A DNA stretch of 63,655 nt, filler included, from Collodictyon triciliatum (GCA_043381765.1; 10 parts of 10 records of this genome joined end to end with filler, not necessarily neighbours in it); one strand, 5' to 3'. Numbered from the whole stretch's first letter, positions 1 to 13,715 are shown. Notes: generated from the sequence alone by a model not told the origin. Translations and numbers: made by a program.

Positions 1-177
1 TTCTTTTATTCTTTTATTCTTTTATTCTTTTATTCTTTTATTCTTTTATTCTTTTATTCTTTTATTCTTTTATTCCTTTATTCCTTTATTTCTTTATTTC
101 TTTTTCTCTTTTTTTCTTTTTTTCTTTTTTTCTTTTCGCCTCTCATTTACAAAAAGGGGTAGTGTTGCGGCTTTTAC

Positions 178-3146
178 GTTTAAGTTGCTCTCTACGGCGA
201 GGTTGGGCTTGCGGAGCTTCAGGTGGATGGGTTGGTCATGCTCGTGGTTGGTTCCGCTGCGTGTGAGATTGGTCAGCAGGTCGAAGCTGATTTTGCCATC
301 GGGTTTCGGATATTCGATGGGTTTGCACTTCTCGGCAGGCAACGTGGCCTGATAAAAATGGGATAGCATCGGTGAGACGTGTGGCTTTGGTGAAATCAGA
401 ATCAATAGGCGAGGTCCCGTTCGGGCCATAATGGTTGGCTGTTTTCAGCAATACAATCATATATAGCTATGCATGGATATATCGGTGCGACGACATGCCT
501 CGTGGTCTGCGTGCTTGTATCGGAAAGTAGCTGGGAATTTTCCCTTGAAGATGAACTCATCCAATGCACCCCAGGCCATCCCCGCAAAGAATCCCTTCTG
601 GAAAGCTGGGCGAATATTACGGGATTCATGGAGCTCTTCGTAGAGCCACGAGTTGCGGAAGCTCTTGGGATACGAGTCCAGAACGATGGCGCCATTCTGA
701 GTCTTGTTCAGCTCTTCAAAGGCTGCCTCAGCAGCGAGAATACCTGAACGAATGAGTATATGTCTGAGGTTGTCATCATTTGTCTGCGAAGAGAAAATGC
801 CCAGATTTAACGAGTGATATATTTGATTGCGCCGAAGAGTTTTCAAGCTCCACGTCTTCGACCAATTCATTTGGGCAAAAGATATATCTCATAGTGGAGT
901 TGATTCCATTGGAATTTCAAGCAAGGGTGCCGTTGATTTCTTACCAGATTTCATCGCCGTGTGTGTGCCTTTAATTTTGGGCGTGTTGAGGAATCCGGCA
1001 GAATCTCCTATGAGTGCGCCTCCGGGAAAGATAAGCTTGGGTAGCGACTGCAACCCGCCCTCGCTGATTGCACGAGCACCATAGGTGAGTACCTGGCCCC
1101 CTTGCAGATACTTTTGGATGGCAGGGTGATGTTTGAAGCGCTGGTGACAGATGTGGGAATGAGCGAGAAAATGAAAGACGTTCAGAGTGAACGCGTGTGA
1201 ATGCAGATTCTCTTTGAGATTGAGAACTCGAATGACAGACAAACCTGGAATTCCTTGTATGGGTTCAGATATGGATTTTCATAGTCGAGGCCTACGACGT
1301 AACCGATTGAAATCTTTCTGTCCTCAAGGTGATAGAGGAAGGAGCCGCCATATGTTTTGAGGTCCATGGGCCAACCGACAGTGTGGATGACTAATCCAGG
1401 TTGGTGGTTCTCGGCTGGTACTTCCCAAAGCTGAGAGGATTTCGATAATTCGGTTAGATATATTTGTAGAAGGCTGCTTCTGCTATCAGTTTTTCCATGC
1501 TCGGGTAAAATTGTTCGTATATGACGATTTCGGGGGTGATAACTTGATAGCCTCATGAAGGAAAGAGGGATATAAAATAGGATTTTTGTGTATACGTGAA
1601 TAAAAGCATCACCTCTTTCAGTCCGATTCCGTAGGTCTGCGGGTCACATTCCGCACGAAGGTTGAATTTGTCAAAGATAGTCTTCGTCAACGACCCGCGT
1701 ACTCCTTCGCTGAAAAGTGTCACCTTCGCACGAAGCTCCATTCCACGGGCGAAGGAATCCTATGGAGAAACCAGGAGTTCAACTTTCTGGTCACCAAGAG
1801 TGAAGTAATATTGTGTTGAAGAGTGTCCGTCATGTTCAGAATCTGTGTGATGTGGTCCGCACCTTCAATGCTCCTTTGCGACTGATACCGACATCATTCG
1901 TCGCGACTCCGGCAACCGCTCCTTTTTCGTCATAGAGAACCTATCAGTGAGAATGGTCAGTTACGGCACGAGGGGTTACAAAAGTGAGTGCGGCAAAGAG
2001 AAAGCTTCCTTGCTTCAGGCGCGGAGGGGAATACAAGTCGAAGTAAGTTGAGCGATGTTCACCTCTGAACCGGCGATGCCCGTGTAGATTTCAACACCTA
2101 GCTCCTCTGCCTGCTGAGCAAGCCAGCGACAGAAGTTTCCCAGGGAAATGATGTAGTTTCCGTCGTTATGCATGGAAGGAGGTACGATGGGAGATTCGAT
2201 GGCGCGTTTTGCAGTCAGGAAAAGGAATTTGTCCTCTTTTACGGGCGTGTTTAAAGGAGCCTAAGATTAAGTCTCTGTGCTTAGCATATTCTTATGGCAG
2301 GCAAATGAGTACGCTTAAAATAAGTGATGGTGTGAGGTCCTGTAACACTGCAAGAGGGGAAATGAAGATGGCTTTCGATTTGAATCAAAAAAATAGCATT
2401 TCTTTAGTTTTGGGTGACAGGGACTTACTCCTTTTTCTTTCCAGTCAGGGATCAACTCGTTTAATGAGCGAGGCTCCAACACGGCGCCGGAGAGGATATG
2501 GGCACCTGTGTCATAAGGTTGGTGTTAGACCCGTGTCAAAACAACTAACAGGAGCCCAGGAAAGGAGGGTTATGGGCAAGAAAGATAAAATGCTTAGAAG
2601 ACAAGGTATTGAATACCACAGACAAGACAGTCGCAAAATAGGCACCAAACAAAGCATAAAGCACAAATGCAAGTCTAAGGAGCGGACGAAGGGGGCACCT
2701 ATGAAAAGGGCCAAGTGACGGAAACATACCAACTTCACCGCCCTTCTCGAGAAGACAAACTCTGATTTCCTTGCCATTTTGCATCGCTAGCTGCTTCAGT
2801 TTGATGGCAGCCGAGAGCCCTGCGTTTCAGAAACACGCTCAGAAACATACTTGCAAGCAAAAGAAGAGGAGGACACGTGGCCTCGCGGCTGGCTCTTTCT
2901 CTGTATCTCTCTTTACAGCAAACGCGAATGGGTAAGAGATCGGGCATGCCTGATCGGGCATCACGAACCTGAGGGGCCGGCGCCTACTATGAGGACATCG
3001 GTTTCGTCCTGGGCGCGAGGCTCTGACCAACGAGGATCGTCCTCTGCGGTGGAAAATCGGCGAAATGGGCCGCTTGAGGAGGAGACGAGTATGGCTGTGT
3101 TCGCTGTGCGAGGCAGGGAGCGGAGGAGAGGCGAGAGCAGTGCCAT
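178..3146 (-). CDS. ETFDH: Electron transfer flavoprotein-ubiquinone oxidoreductase, multi-exon, 3'-partial (4Fe-4S C-terminus runs off the window)
   Basis: Spliced exons give a mitochondrial-presequence-like N-terminus, then [54 protein letters not shown]...[54 protein letters not shown] and [23 protein letters not shown]. Introns are GT-AG except one GC-AG (donor at 498). Confidence 0.96.
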
Positions 3147-3216
3147 TCTAGCGAGGAAAAGGGGAAGAGGCTTTCAAATGACTGTTGGGTTTGTTTGGCT
3201 CTGCAGCCTTCTCAAC

Positions 3217-3312
3217 TTGTTTGTTTGTTTGTTTGTTTGTTTGTTTGTTTGTTTGTTTGTTTGTTTGTTTGTTTGTTTGTTTGTTTGTTTGTTTGTTTGT
3301 TTGTTTGTTTGT
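3217..3312. repeat. (TTTG)n microsatellite
   Basis: Perfect tetranucleotide run just upstream of the ETFDH start codon. Confidence 0.95.
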
Positions 3313-3464
3313 TTTCCTCAGACTTCTCTCTGAGTGGATAGGTAGCAAACGCCCCGGTCGGCCGTATTGATGAGTCTGGCGCGCACAAAAGAAGGTATTC
3401 GTGGGTGTGAGTGAACTGGTGCGGTTGTTTATTTGATTGTTGTTGATGGACTGATTGCGTCCAA

Positions 3465-3488
3465 GCGTGACGTCATGCGTGATGTCAT
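3465..3488. promoter_or_regulatory. Tandem CRE-like elements (TGACGTCA and TGATGTCA) about 320 nt upstream of ETFDH
   Basis: GCGTGACGTCAT-GCGTGATGTCAT near-perfect 12-nt direct repeat at the edge of an AT-rich intergenic tract. Confidence 0.3.
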
Positions 3489-4917
3489 TCCTATGCAAGT
3501 ATCCAGAACACCGTTTGTTGTAATTGTTTTATGCAGTACATGGTGAATAGTATAAGAGATGTAAATATTTTCTATAATAAAAAATTGGAAAAAATAATGA
3601 GAAAAAAGACGTGATATATATAAATTCCAATTTATGTATACAAATCTGGATCATATATATAAATACTTATATTAGGAACCAAGTATTACCTATACTGATT
3701 ATATATATAAAATATTTACACTCACTATGTATAATTATAAATAATGCAGACACTTACTATCTATTATTGGCTTGACCTTTTTTGTCCTCACAACATTCAA
3801 TATTTCTTCTTTCAACCACACGACCATATTTAAGGAATTTTTTTTTTGGTTTTCAATATTTTTTTTCCCACGAAAACAGAGAAACTAACACAATCACGTT
3901 ATCATCACTTAATTCAAAATCAGCCCCATTTTGGTGACGGAACCACCAAAACCTCTTGTCTTTTTTTCCCTCGCGTTTTGTCCTCCCTGAAAAATGGGGC
4001 GGCTCAAGAACTACACGAAACAGACCCAAACACAAACACATGGGCTGCTCAGGCGCAATCATTGACAAGGAAGACACTTCGAGACTTTTAAGCTCTTGAT
4101 TGTGTTCTTCCACATAATTTTACCACGTAAATTTGCAAACAAAAATATAATAATATAAAAAGAAAATAAAAAGAAAAAAGAGCAGCCCCACCCAAACACC
4201 AGACATTGTCGAAAGACATATCAACCACCCAAATTACAGTCCTGCTACAGCCTTTCAAAGGTTCAAAAAATGTGAAAGTGAGTTAGTAGAGCCTGCAATA
4301 TCATCGGCAAGAGGATCAATTTACTCTCCCCTTACAACTTTCATTGGGTTCGCCTGCCTGCTCTACAGCTGCAGCCAGTCGAGACGAATTTTACGAAAAA
4401 AAAAGGAAAAGAAAAAAGTCGAAAGTAATGCGTGTATAATTGATCAAATGCAAAGCTTTCGGTTTCCAACTGCTTTGCTAGCTTGAAACGGTTGATTGAA
4501 TCAATAAGACCACTTGCAAAGGTCATGTACATGGTCTGGGGTCTAGTTCCATGTTCCATAGGATTGTGTGAGATAGACGTTAGCGTTTGTGAGTTTGGCT
4601 CGCTCCCAAGCACAGAAGTCTTCCCATAATTATTTGGGTCAGAGTCCGTCTTCAATCTATCCTAAACACCGGGCCATTTCAAATATCAAAGGACTGCGCT
4701 AGTAGAACTTTTCTAATCAGTATAATCCCTGAAGTCTGATATTTCAAAGAAAAAAGAAAAGCATTTTCACGAAAACTCTTCATATAGATTCACCGGACTA
4801 TTGTCAATTTTATATGATTTCTTCGGTGAACCAAAACTCAAATCACAATGTATTTTCTTTACTTGGCTTCTAATTCGTTTATTTTGATTGATTCTAGAAC
4901 AGGACACAAATAAGTAG

Positions 4918-6545
4918 CTGGACTACGTGAAACAAATCGTCCTCAACCACCCAGCATGGAAACAGTCCTTGAAGAGGTTTCTCACCAAAACAATCTTCAA
5001 AAAGACGACTCGATTATTGTGCCCAATCATGAAAGTTCTTGTTCAATTGTTGATTCCACAAAATATACCGAGCTGACGGACCAATCATTTTCCGGGGATA
5101 TTCGTAATTTAATTAAGACACTTTAAAGAGAAAGAAAGGAATTAAAAGAATTAAAAGAATTAAAAGAATTAAAAGAATTAAAAGAATTAAAAGAATTAAA
5201 AGAATTAAAAGAAAGAAAAAGAAAGAAAAAGAAAGAAAAAGATAGAAAAAGATAGAAAAAGAAAGAAAAAGAAAGAAAAAGAAAGAAAAAGAAAGAAAAA
5301 GAAAGAAAAAGAAAGAAAAAGAAAGAAAAAGAAAGAAAAAGAAAGAAAAAGAAAGAATGAAAAGAAGCACTTATGAATAGAGAAAAAATATCAGAATTAC
5401 TTTACGAGTCGAAGAAAAAACCGCTGCAGCCTCTTATTAAGGAATAAAAATAGGGATTCATCATTCCAAAGATGTAGATGCAGCAAAAATAATTACCAAA
5501 GAAGAAGCCAAATACATTCAAAAAAGCCATCATACAATAAACATAAATTCGGTTGATATCATTCCTCCATATTTATCCGCAAACACAATTGTTACTGGGG
5601 AAGGAAATGAAGACAATTATACCCAAAACGAAAACAAGATAGTGAATAGAGAGGAAAAAATATCGGAGGAAATACAAAACTGTGGCTTTACGAAGCCTAT
5701 TGAGTGTAGAAATAATCTCAATCAAGATGAAATGGGTATCAACCAAAGGTATAAGAAAATATTTATATTTTCTTTTTATTTAAGACCTATTCTAAACATT
5801 ATTATATTATTGTAAGCTGCCTTAAGGTGTATTAAAATTGCCAAAGGCGTAAGTCTTAGAAAGAACATGGCTTTGTACTCCGGATGTTAACATCACATAC
5901 GTAATTTAATAACTCAAATACTATTAAATTAGGTCCATACTCGAAGACGTGGAATCATCCGTACGGTTCATAATTTGATGCATTTTTTTATTAGTTTAGT
6001 AAAAAAAAGTATCGATTTTTTAACATTGAGCCATAGGAATTCAACAAGGATTCCCATGGATCAGGCATAGTAGAGAATCAAAAAGAGTTACCGGAAGACC
6101 CAAAAGTTGCTGCTTCAAAAGAACAAACATTCAGAGACCATGAAATGAAGGTTGTCATTATTGGATGTTCGAAAAAGTCACCTAAATATAGGCTTATATT
6201 TTTCATAACTATTATATATAGTTTACTGCTACAGCCACCATCATACATGAGTCAGTGTTGGGTGAAGGAACAAGAGAAATTATTTTAGCTAGGGATTCAG
6301 TTCATGCAGGTATACTTCGTATAAATGTAATATCCTTTTACCAATTTTTTTCGCATCAATGAATTATCATTGAACATATGCGTTGTATTATAGATAATTT
6401 AGAAGATAGAATTGATAATCCTCCAGTGGCATCAGAAGATTCCGTACGGCATCTACGCCCTCATGAACTGATTTTAATGGAAGGGAGGACAGTAAAAGCG
6501 AAATTATTACCCATGGATTCTTTGATACCACCAGAAGAATCCATG
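4918..6545 (+). CDS. Hypothetical multi-exon hydrophilic protein, partial
   Basis: Open GT-AG-bounded exons, e.g. 4918-5104 (GLRETNRPQPPSMETVLEE...), ~6037-6150 (EFNKDSHG...DHEMK), ~6222-6309 (FTATATIIHESVLGEG...) and ~6403-6545; the last three join in frame. No family recognised. Confidence 0.5.
5139..5356. repeat. Compound (GAATTAAAA)n and (GAAAGAAAAA)n tandem repeats, intronic
   Basis: Directly visible 9-nt and 10-nt unit arrays. Confidence 0.9.
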
Positions 6546-6657
6546 TAACGAACAGACAAACAAAACAAAACAAAAACAAAAACAAAAACAAAAACAAAAA
6601 CAAAAACAAAAACAAAAACAAAAACAAAAACAAAAACAAAAACAAAAACAAAAACAA

Positions 6658-6757
6658 NNNNNNNNNNNNNNNNNNNNNNNNNNNNNNNNNNNNNNNNNNN
6701 NTTAATTAATTAANNNNNNNNNNNNNNNNNNNNNNNNNNNNNNNNNNNNNNNNNNNN
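6658..6757. other. Artificial contig-joining spacer (N44-TTAATTAATTAA-N44); repeated at 13412, 20165, 26917, 33667, 40417, 47166, 53990 and 60732
   Basis: Identical 100-nt spacer carrying stops in all six frames, recurring about every 6.75 kb. Confidence 0.98.
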
Positions 6758-6853
<96 letters not shown>

Positions 6854-6901
6854 CATTTGGATTCCACATTCATCCGACATATTTTTCTTTCTGTATTTTA
6901 G

Positions 6902-9900
6902 TTTGATGAGCCAAGTGAACAAATAGCCATGAGGCAGGATAATACACCCGTGACAGAAAACAAAGGACCAGAAGCCCTCGAGGAAAGTTGCGTATTAAAT
7001 GGACATGAAAATACACTGCTATCGACACCAACAGCCAGTCCATCGTCATCGCCATCCTCATCACCGAGCTCGCATTCTCCTCATCCAAGCCCCGCCCACT
7101 CATTCATATCAGAATCAGACTCTAATTCAGATTCAACTTCGCCATCTCATTCGGATCGAGAAGAGGACGAAGAACCACTTGTTTCTGAGAATGAACAGCA
7201 ATCTTCGAATTCGAAAAGTCAACTCCGTCGCGTGCATCATCTTAACCACGCACCAGAAGTAATGCCGACTGAAGAGGGTAATTTTTAACTTTCAAGATTT
7301 GTTAACATCATGAACGCCTCTTTTTTTTTCTTTTCTTAGGACACTGAACTTAAACGCATTTCGAAATACCATCGATTTAGATAAGAGCGAATCTTCCACA
7401 AAGAAATCAATGGGAGTTTTATCTTCACCCCAGTCAATTCTGGAGACTACCGAAAGTGATGTAAATTACAAGCACGCAACATATGCGACTGTGTCGACCT
7501 TTTTGTCCACAAATGGTATTATACATCCAAAGGAGGAAGCTGTAATCCATCTAGCACCAAATCCCCGTCCTAATGTTACCAGTTCAAACCCAAGTATGGA
7601 CTTAGCTGCCGAAGATTCAGATAATCACAGTTCTCCACAGTATGACCCACTACGTTCACAAGAGCAAGTTTTCTTCACACAAGCGACGAAGCCATTAAAG
7701 TCTGCTCTCCGAAAGCGATCTTCTAGTGCGTCGCTAAGTTCCTTGCTGGAGAGTATTCATGGGGGTGGAAACGAATCTGAGGATCTGAAATCTGACTCAG
7801 TGGCATCTGCATCTAGCTCCGTAAGAAGTGCACAGGTACGATTCCACAAAGATGTCGATATCAGACCCGGCCGTGGCTTGTCTCGAACAGACCGCAACCA
7901 ACTGGGAGAACGTGATTGGACAGAGTCTTCCTCGAATTATGAATCCAGTACTACAACAGATTCTGATACAACTCCGTTCTATTCAGAATCAGGTTCAGAG
8001 ACTGAAACCGAGACTGATACAGATTCTGAATCCAGTGATAATGTAAGAGACGCAGAGAATGATATTCCCACTTCCAAAGAACCACACCACATCGATTCTA
8101 GCTCTGTTCACCTCCCAGCATCCAATATTCAGGTCGTGTATCCACTGCAGCAGATGAATTCGAGTGAATCTACTTTTCAGAGTAATGCGATCGCACAGTC
8201 TGACCTTTCTTCCTCTCATGTATACCCAATTGAGAGGAAAGATGCGAGATATGCTGTGAGTGGCGTAGCAAGTGACACTCGGTCCAGTTCGGAACAGACC
8301 TTGTCGGACGTACAGGACTTTCCGTCATGGGTCAACGACACAATTGCAAAGAGTGCGCCAATTCCAGCAATAGAAAAGAGAACGCCAGAGACAGACATTT
8401 ACACCGACAAAATTACCATGGAAAAATATTTGATTGAGGAAAACCAAATGAAGGCCAAATTGAATTACAGTCCTGTCTTGAGTACGCCACGACTGAGCAG
8501 AACAGATCATATGAGACTGGATAGGATTCACGCATCGGGCTTCGTTGCCTCCTCTAACGGCTCTGACTCGGAGGCAAGCTCAGACGCAAGTTCTGGTTCC
8601 GATTCTGACAGCACTGCGTCAACTTTTGAAGGTGTATCTGACGGAGAAGACGATTCGAATGACGAGCTATTGCTAGACCCAGCTAGTCGCGGCTCCATTG
8701 CTCATTCGAGTATTGTTCCAGCGTTGAACTTAGAACCAGTTTACTCTATGCTTGCAAAGCAGGAATCACAGCAGCCCGCATCTGGAAGCTCTGTGGGGAC
8801 ATCAACCACATCGTCATCGGTATCTTCGAGTCTTAGAACCGCCCATGAAGCCAAACCCTTTGGAAAGCTGCATCGACCCTTGGCTAATCCTATTCTACCT
8901 ACTGAAATACCTGCCATGAATGGGACATCAGCGATTGCCGAAGTTCACGTCCCATTTTCCTCTCCCCAGCTGCTTTCCAAAATCCCACTAACAGAACCGT
9001 ACGTCAAGCAACAAATAACAGATAATAGCTCCACACAAGAAACCCCTTCCCATCCCCTCTTGAACGAACTATTCTCTGCCCCTGTCCAGAAGCAAGAACA
9101 AGGCTGGGAAGAAAATGCGTGGCTCGGAATGGCATGCAATAGCCTGATGTTTGTGACAGAGTTTGAGTTATATCAGCCGTTCCGGTATGAGCTGATACCA
9201 CCCACTTTGCCGGCAGACGACCGAGTCCGGCAAGGATTTTCACGAATCCAAGAGACCATATACACTGGCAATTTGCGGTTTGTAGAAAGGGAATGGACAC
9301 GAATGGAGGCACTTCGAGGAATCAACTGGTGGAAAGAGTGGATGACGCCTACCTCAGCCAAGTATGTTTCTACCACAAGTATGGGGCTTTCACTAAACTA
9401 TACTTCGCCTCTGCACGTGGCTGCAGCTGTGGGTCACGAAGAGATCGGTGTCTTTCTTGTTACAAAGGGCATTCCTCTATTGACGATGAATCCAGACGGA
9501 TATACACCTATCCATGTCGCCTCCCATCATGGGCACGTGTCCTGGATTGAGCGAGTTCTCAATTTGAACCAATATCGCATTCACTCTCCCAGACACAGCA
9601 CATTTGTGCCTCCATCATTCACAGCATTCATCACCCAGTTATTCACATCACCGAGCAAGAATGGCTGGCGGGCTATTCATCTTGCCGCCTTTATGGGCCG
9701 AAATCGTATAATCCACCTGTTTCAAACACACGCCCCTGAGACGATTCTTGAGGCTACACACAGTGACGGCTGGACACCGTTGATTCTTGCATCCATGGCC
9801 GGCCATCATGAGACCGTTGCACTTCTTCTCGACATCATCGCTGCACAGCATCACGGCAGAAGCGAAATCAAAGCACAGCAGGCCCAAGGAAGAACGGCTC

Positions 9901-11159
9901 TCGAATGGGCAGCCTTTCTCGGCTGGACAGATGTGATTGACACGCTTCTGCGGCGTGGTTGGGCACCGTCCACATCGGCCCTGATGTGGGCATGTCGCGG
10001 GTCGCAACCCTCTTGTGCTGCTCGTCTTCTCCAACACGGAGCAGATCCACTTGCACCAGATGCGACACGCTGGGCTCACCCGATTCTCCATGGACTTGTG
10101 CGTTCGGCCACGGACACCCGCGAATCCCTACGGGAAATGGCACCGAGAAGCACACGTGTTCAGATGCTGGGCTCCGTTGCGCAAGAGCTGCATCGCTTGG
10201 GATGTCTCGCACCTAGGCGCTTTTACAAGGCTCTGGATGCCTTGAACGAGAAAGACCAGGCCGGATGGACGCCGCTGCATTGGGCCGTGATGGGCTCCTC
10301 AGGCTTCGCAGGTCCTGTGCGGCTTCTCTTGCGCCTTGGAATCGACGCAGACACGCCCGATGTACTTGGTTGGACGCCTCTGATGCTGGCACTAGCCAAT
10401 TTTCTTGACCCTGGCCCAGACGCAACTTCAACACCGCGCGCTGACCCGCATTCTGCCGCCGCCATGTTGGATGATTTGCTGCGTGCCGGAGCCAATCCGA
10501 ATGCGACCTCTGCATACGGCCTATCGCCACTCGATATAGTGAAGCGCGCCGCAATCGCTTCCATGCCGCGTGCGCTTTGGCATCCACTGCTTTCTGTTCT
10601 TCTTCGACACGGAGCTCATCTCAGCACAAGGACTGGTCTGACTCCTCGACTTGACCTCACACCGCGCTCAGATGCAAGTTTGCACCCCGCTGCGGGCTTT
10701 GCTTCCGTCACAAGTTCGGCCTCGCATTCTCGGCCAATGCTCTCGCCGAGATGTGAATTCACTTACAACCCAAGGAACTCGCCCCGATATCCACCAGCGA
10801 ATCCGTACGCATCCGTGCAGACCTCCCAAGGCACAGCCAGTTATGCGCCATCATTAGCACCAAACCAAACAACATCGCGGGCTACGCAGAGTTCCGTTTT
10901 TGAAGAGCGCGTTCAAACTCTTGGTGGTCCTGTGGTCGAGCAGACTGGCGCCGAATGGAGGCATACAGATGGATTAAACCTTGAGGCCATCACGCGAGCA
11001 CCGCTTCGAAACGTGTCGCCTGCTGCCCCTTGGAGCGCGAAAGAGTCTGTGATTCCTCGGGCTGCTCAAACGAGTGAGTCGATATCTCCACGCCCGCCAC
11101 TCTATGGAGCTGTTGCCACGCAGCCGCCCATCCAGCTGAGCGAAAGTCCCTGGCATTAA
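6902..11159 (+). CDS. Large ankyrin-repeat protein with long Ser/acidic disordered N-terminus, probably 5'-partial
   Basis: Exon 6902-7277 joins exon 7381-11159 in frame across GT..AG 7278-7380. Ankyrin motifs: SPLHVAAAVGH, GYTPIHVASHHGH, GWRAIHLAAFMG, GWTPLILASMAGH, GRTALEWAAFLG, GWTPLHWAV, GWTPLMLA, GLSPLD. Confidence 0.9.
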
Positions 11160-11856
11160 TCACTTCATTTTCCTATTCTCAAACTGCCTCCGAATCTTTT
11201 TTTCTCTTTATTTATGAGGTTGACTCAGTGGGATGCACGCCTCGGCGTTTGTAATTTCGTAGATGGGAAATTGGTTGCTTTCCTCCTGATTGCTTTTTCT
11301 TTTTTATTGCGTCTCATCTCATGTTTTTCTCTTACTTGCTCAATCGTGGCTGCCCTTCACTTCTTCAGAGTCTCTTTTGTCGACTCTTGAATAAAATAAA
11401 ATAATATAAAGAGACCACACACGCGAAGTTTCTATGATATTCTTGTTTATTACAACTTGGTGCCCCCCACACGTTTTTTCTTTTATCCTTCTTAGTTGGA
11501 GAAAAAGAGCGGGCGGTTGGATGAAAAAGGAGTGCACAATTAAGGCGGGTGTATTGTTTACCACTTAACAGATACAAAAAGACAAAGTCATTATTATTGG
11601 GCAACGATGAATTGAGACAAGGGAACGAGAAAGAGAGGGAGCAAAGATGAAAAGTTCTGTGAATGGATCTTGAAGGTAATGTGCTACGTCTTGAAAAAGA
11701 AAGACATGAATAAGATAAGGAGAGCCATTCCAAGCGAAAAGGATTTAGAGTGAAATGGAAAAGTTGATTTGCTAATTTTCCTTCATCCTCGAACCTTCAG
11801 ATAAATTACTGTTAGGGTCACAAGATTCTTAATACCGAGCATTGCGAGGTCTTTTT

Positions 11857-13294
11857 CTACGAAAACGAGATGTCGGTCTCTCGAAAGAAGGGCCCTCCCA
11901 CACGATAGCAATCGAAGAAGGCTGGTTTTGGTATCTGGTACAGAAAGCATGTCCGCAGGGGTTCCTCTGGCCGTAGCTCGCCGTTGGTTATGAGAAGTTC
12001 ACGCGTCTTTGTAATTGCGTCGTTCCTCTCGGCGTTTTGTTCAAGAATCTATGATAATTCGAGAGAGGATACCATGTACGAATCAATTAAACATCGTTGG
12101 CGGTGGAAAATCGGGCTACTAATTGGACTATCAGTTGGGTAGACGATTCTATCGTAATACTTGAACAGCAAATGATGATTTGTTAGGTGCAAGAAAGAGG
12201 AGGCAGAGGGAGAGAGAGAAAATGGAATGTATCCACATCACAATCAGCCCGAGATGGGAGATGCACGTTACCTTTTGTATGCCGGTTCTGATTTTCTGGA
12301 GCTGGTGCTGCTGCAGTGTCAGTATTATCTGCTGGTGGACGATATATGATGGAAGAAACGTGGGCGAGACGGGGCGGCTATCGAGCGGATTAAGCTGTAA
12401 CTGAGGTGCAGGGGCAAGAGGCATTCTGGATGACGCGGCAGTGATTTGGACATGGGCGCGGTTGCGTGGGTGTTGCTTGGATATTTTTGAGGGATGAAGG
12501 CCCGTCGTAGAGGAAGCCTTTTGCTGAATGCGACCCGACTTTTGATACGCCCAAATGGCCTGCAGCATTCGATTCTGCAGCTCCTCTGCCACGAGAGCAG
12601 TCATTTCTGGTGGAGAAGCGCTTGTAGGGCTGGTTTCTGGCGAGTTGCCGTCTGATTGAGAAGAGCGCATGGTTACGGAACATGGAACGTAATCAAGGAA
12701 TGGTTGGCAAAAGATAGAGAATTTAATGGGCAAGGTGTTCTGTGCGCATTACGAGTGAAGATGCTGTAGTAATGGCAGTCACGGCCGGTGGTGGGCGAGT
12801 AAGGAGGCGACTGAATGTCCAGAAGGATGGAAGGAGAATGGGCTGTGTATGAGTGGACATTGGCATATGTTGGCGTGACAATGCTGCACGGCGTGGTCTG
12901 GTCAATCGTGCGTGAAAAGACGCGGTATGCTTCTCCAACTAGTGATTCGATGCCAGTGCAGACATGAGTAAACCAATCATCAAGATGTCATTTTCATAGA
13001 AGCAGACGTAGATATATCTTTCGAGGATAAAAATAAATATTATCTCGAAACATATGTTTCCAAATAATGTGAATCACGATTTTTAGGTTGCAAATGAACA
13101 GAAATATTGTGAAGTGATATTGCTCTTGATAAAAATATGCAGACCAAGAACAGAGGATGGCTGCTCGCACAGAGGAGGAGTGAGCCATTGAAAGGATGAT
13201 GCCAGAAGCGAGCCGGTTAGAATGCGGCCGAGAACTGTCATCCCAGGGTGGTCATGCAGCGGCATGGCACAACCAGCAGGCAGCAGAAACATTC
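11857..13294 (-). CDS. Plant cysteine oxidase / cysteamine dioxygenase (PCO_ADO cupin) family protein, 5'-partial, with large insertion
   Basis: Exons give GMFLLPAGCAMPLHDHPGMTVLGRILTGSL, ANVHSYTAHSPSILLDIQSPPYSPTTGRDCHYY and a terminal CFLYQIPKPAFFDCYRVGGP; the three-His iron site (HxH...H) is present. Confidence 0.88.
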
Positions 13295-13337
13295 CTGAAA
13301 AAAAAAAGGAGATATTCAGACACCAGATATATGAGTT

Positions 13338-13377
<40 letters not shown>

Positions 13378-13511
13378 ACAAAAAGAAAAAAAAAAACACC
13401 AAAAAAAACACNNNNNNNNNNNNNNNNNNNNNNNNNNNNNNNNNNNNNNNNNNNNTTAATTAATTAANNNNNNNNNNNNNNNNNNNNNNNNNNNNNNNNN
13501 NNNNNNNNNNN

Positions 13512-13542
<31 letters not shown>

Positions 13543-13715
13543 AAAAAACAAAAAAAAAAAAAAAAAAAAAAAAAAAAACAAAAAAAAACAAAAAAAAACA
13601 AAAAAAACAAAAGAACAAGAAAACAAAAGAACAAGAAAACAAAAAAGCAAATATTCTACAAGGGAAAGAAAGGAAACAAGGCAATGCTTTAATCAATATA
13701 TAATTCTGGGAATAG

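Noticed and set aside
2851-3498. ORF-track proteins with FVCL/TNKQ, poly-I, poly-Y, poly-K or FLFL repeats, here and elsewhere
   Set aside because: Translations of intronic or intergenic microsatellites, or antisense shadows of real exons.
4040-4099. Short MGCSG... ORF resembling a dual-acylation N-terminus
   Set aside because: It stops after 19 codons with no GT donor before the stop, and I could not link it to downstream exons.
6222-6310. Myb-like reading WVKEQEKLF*LGI with an in-frame TAG, suggesting stop-codon reassignment
   Set aside because: Another frame is fully open and fits the phases of both neighbouring exons, and other genes here end normally in TAA, TAG or TGA.
6702-6713. Regularly spaced TTAATTAATTAA palindromes as a biological repeat or array
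   Set aside because: Always centred in identical N padding; an assembly or concatenation spacer.
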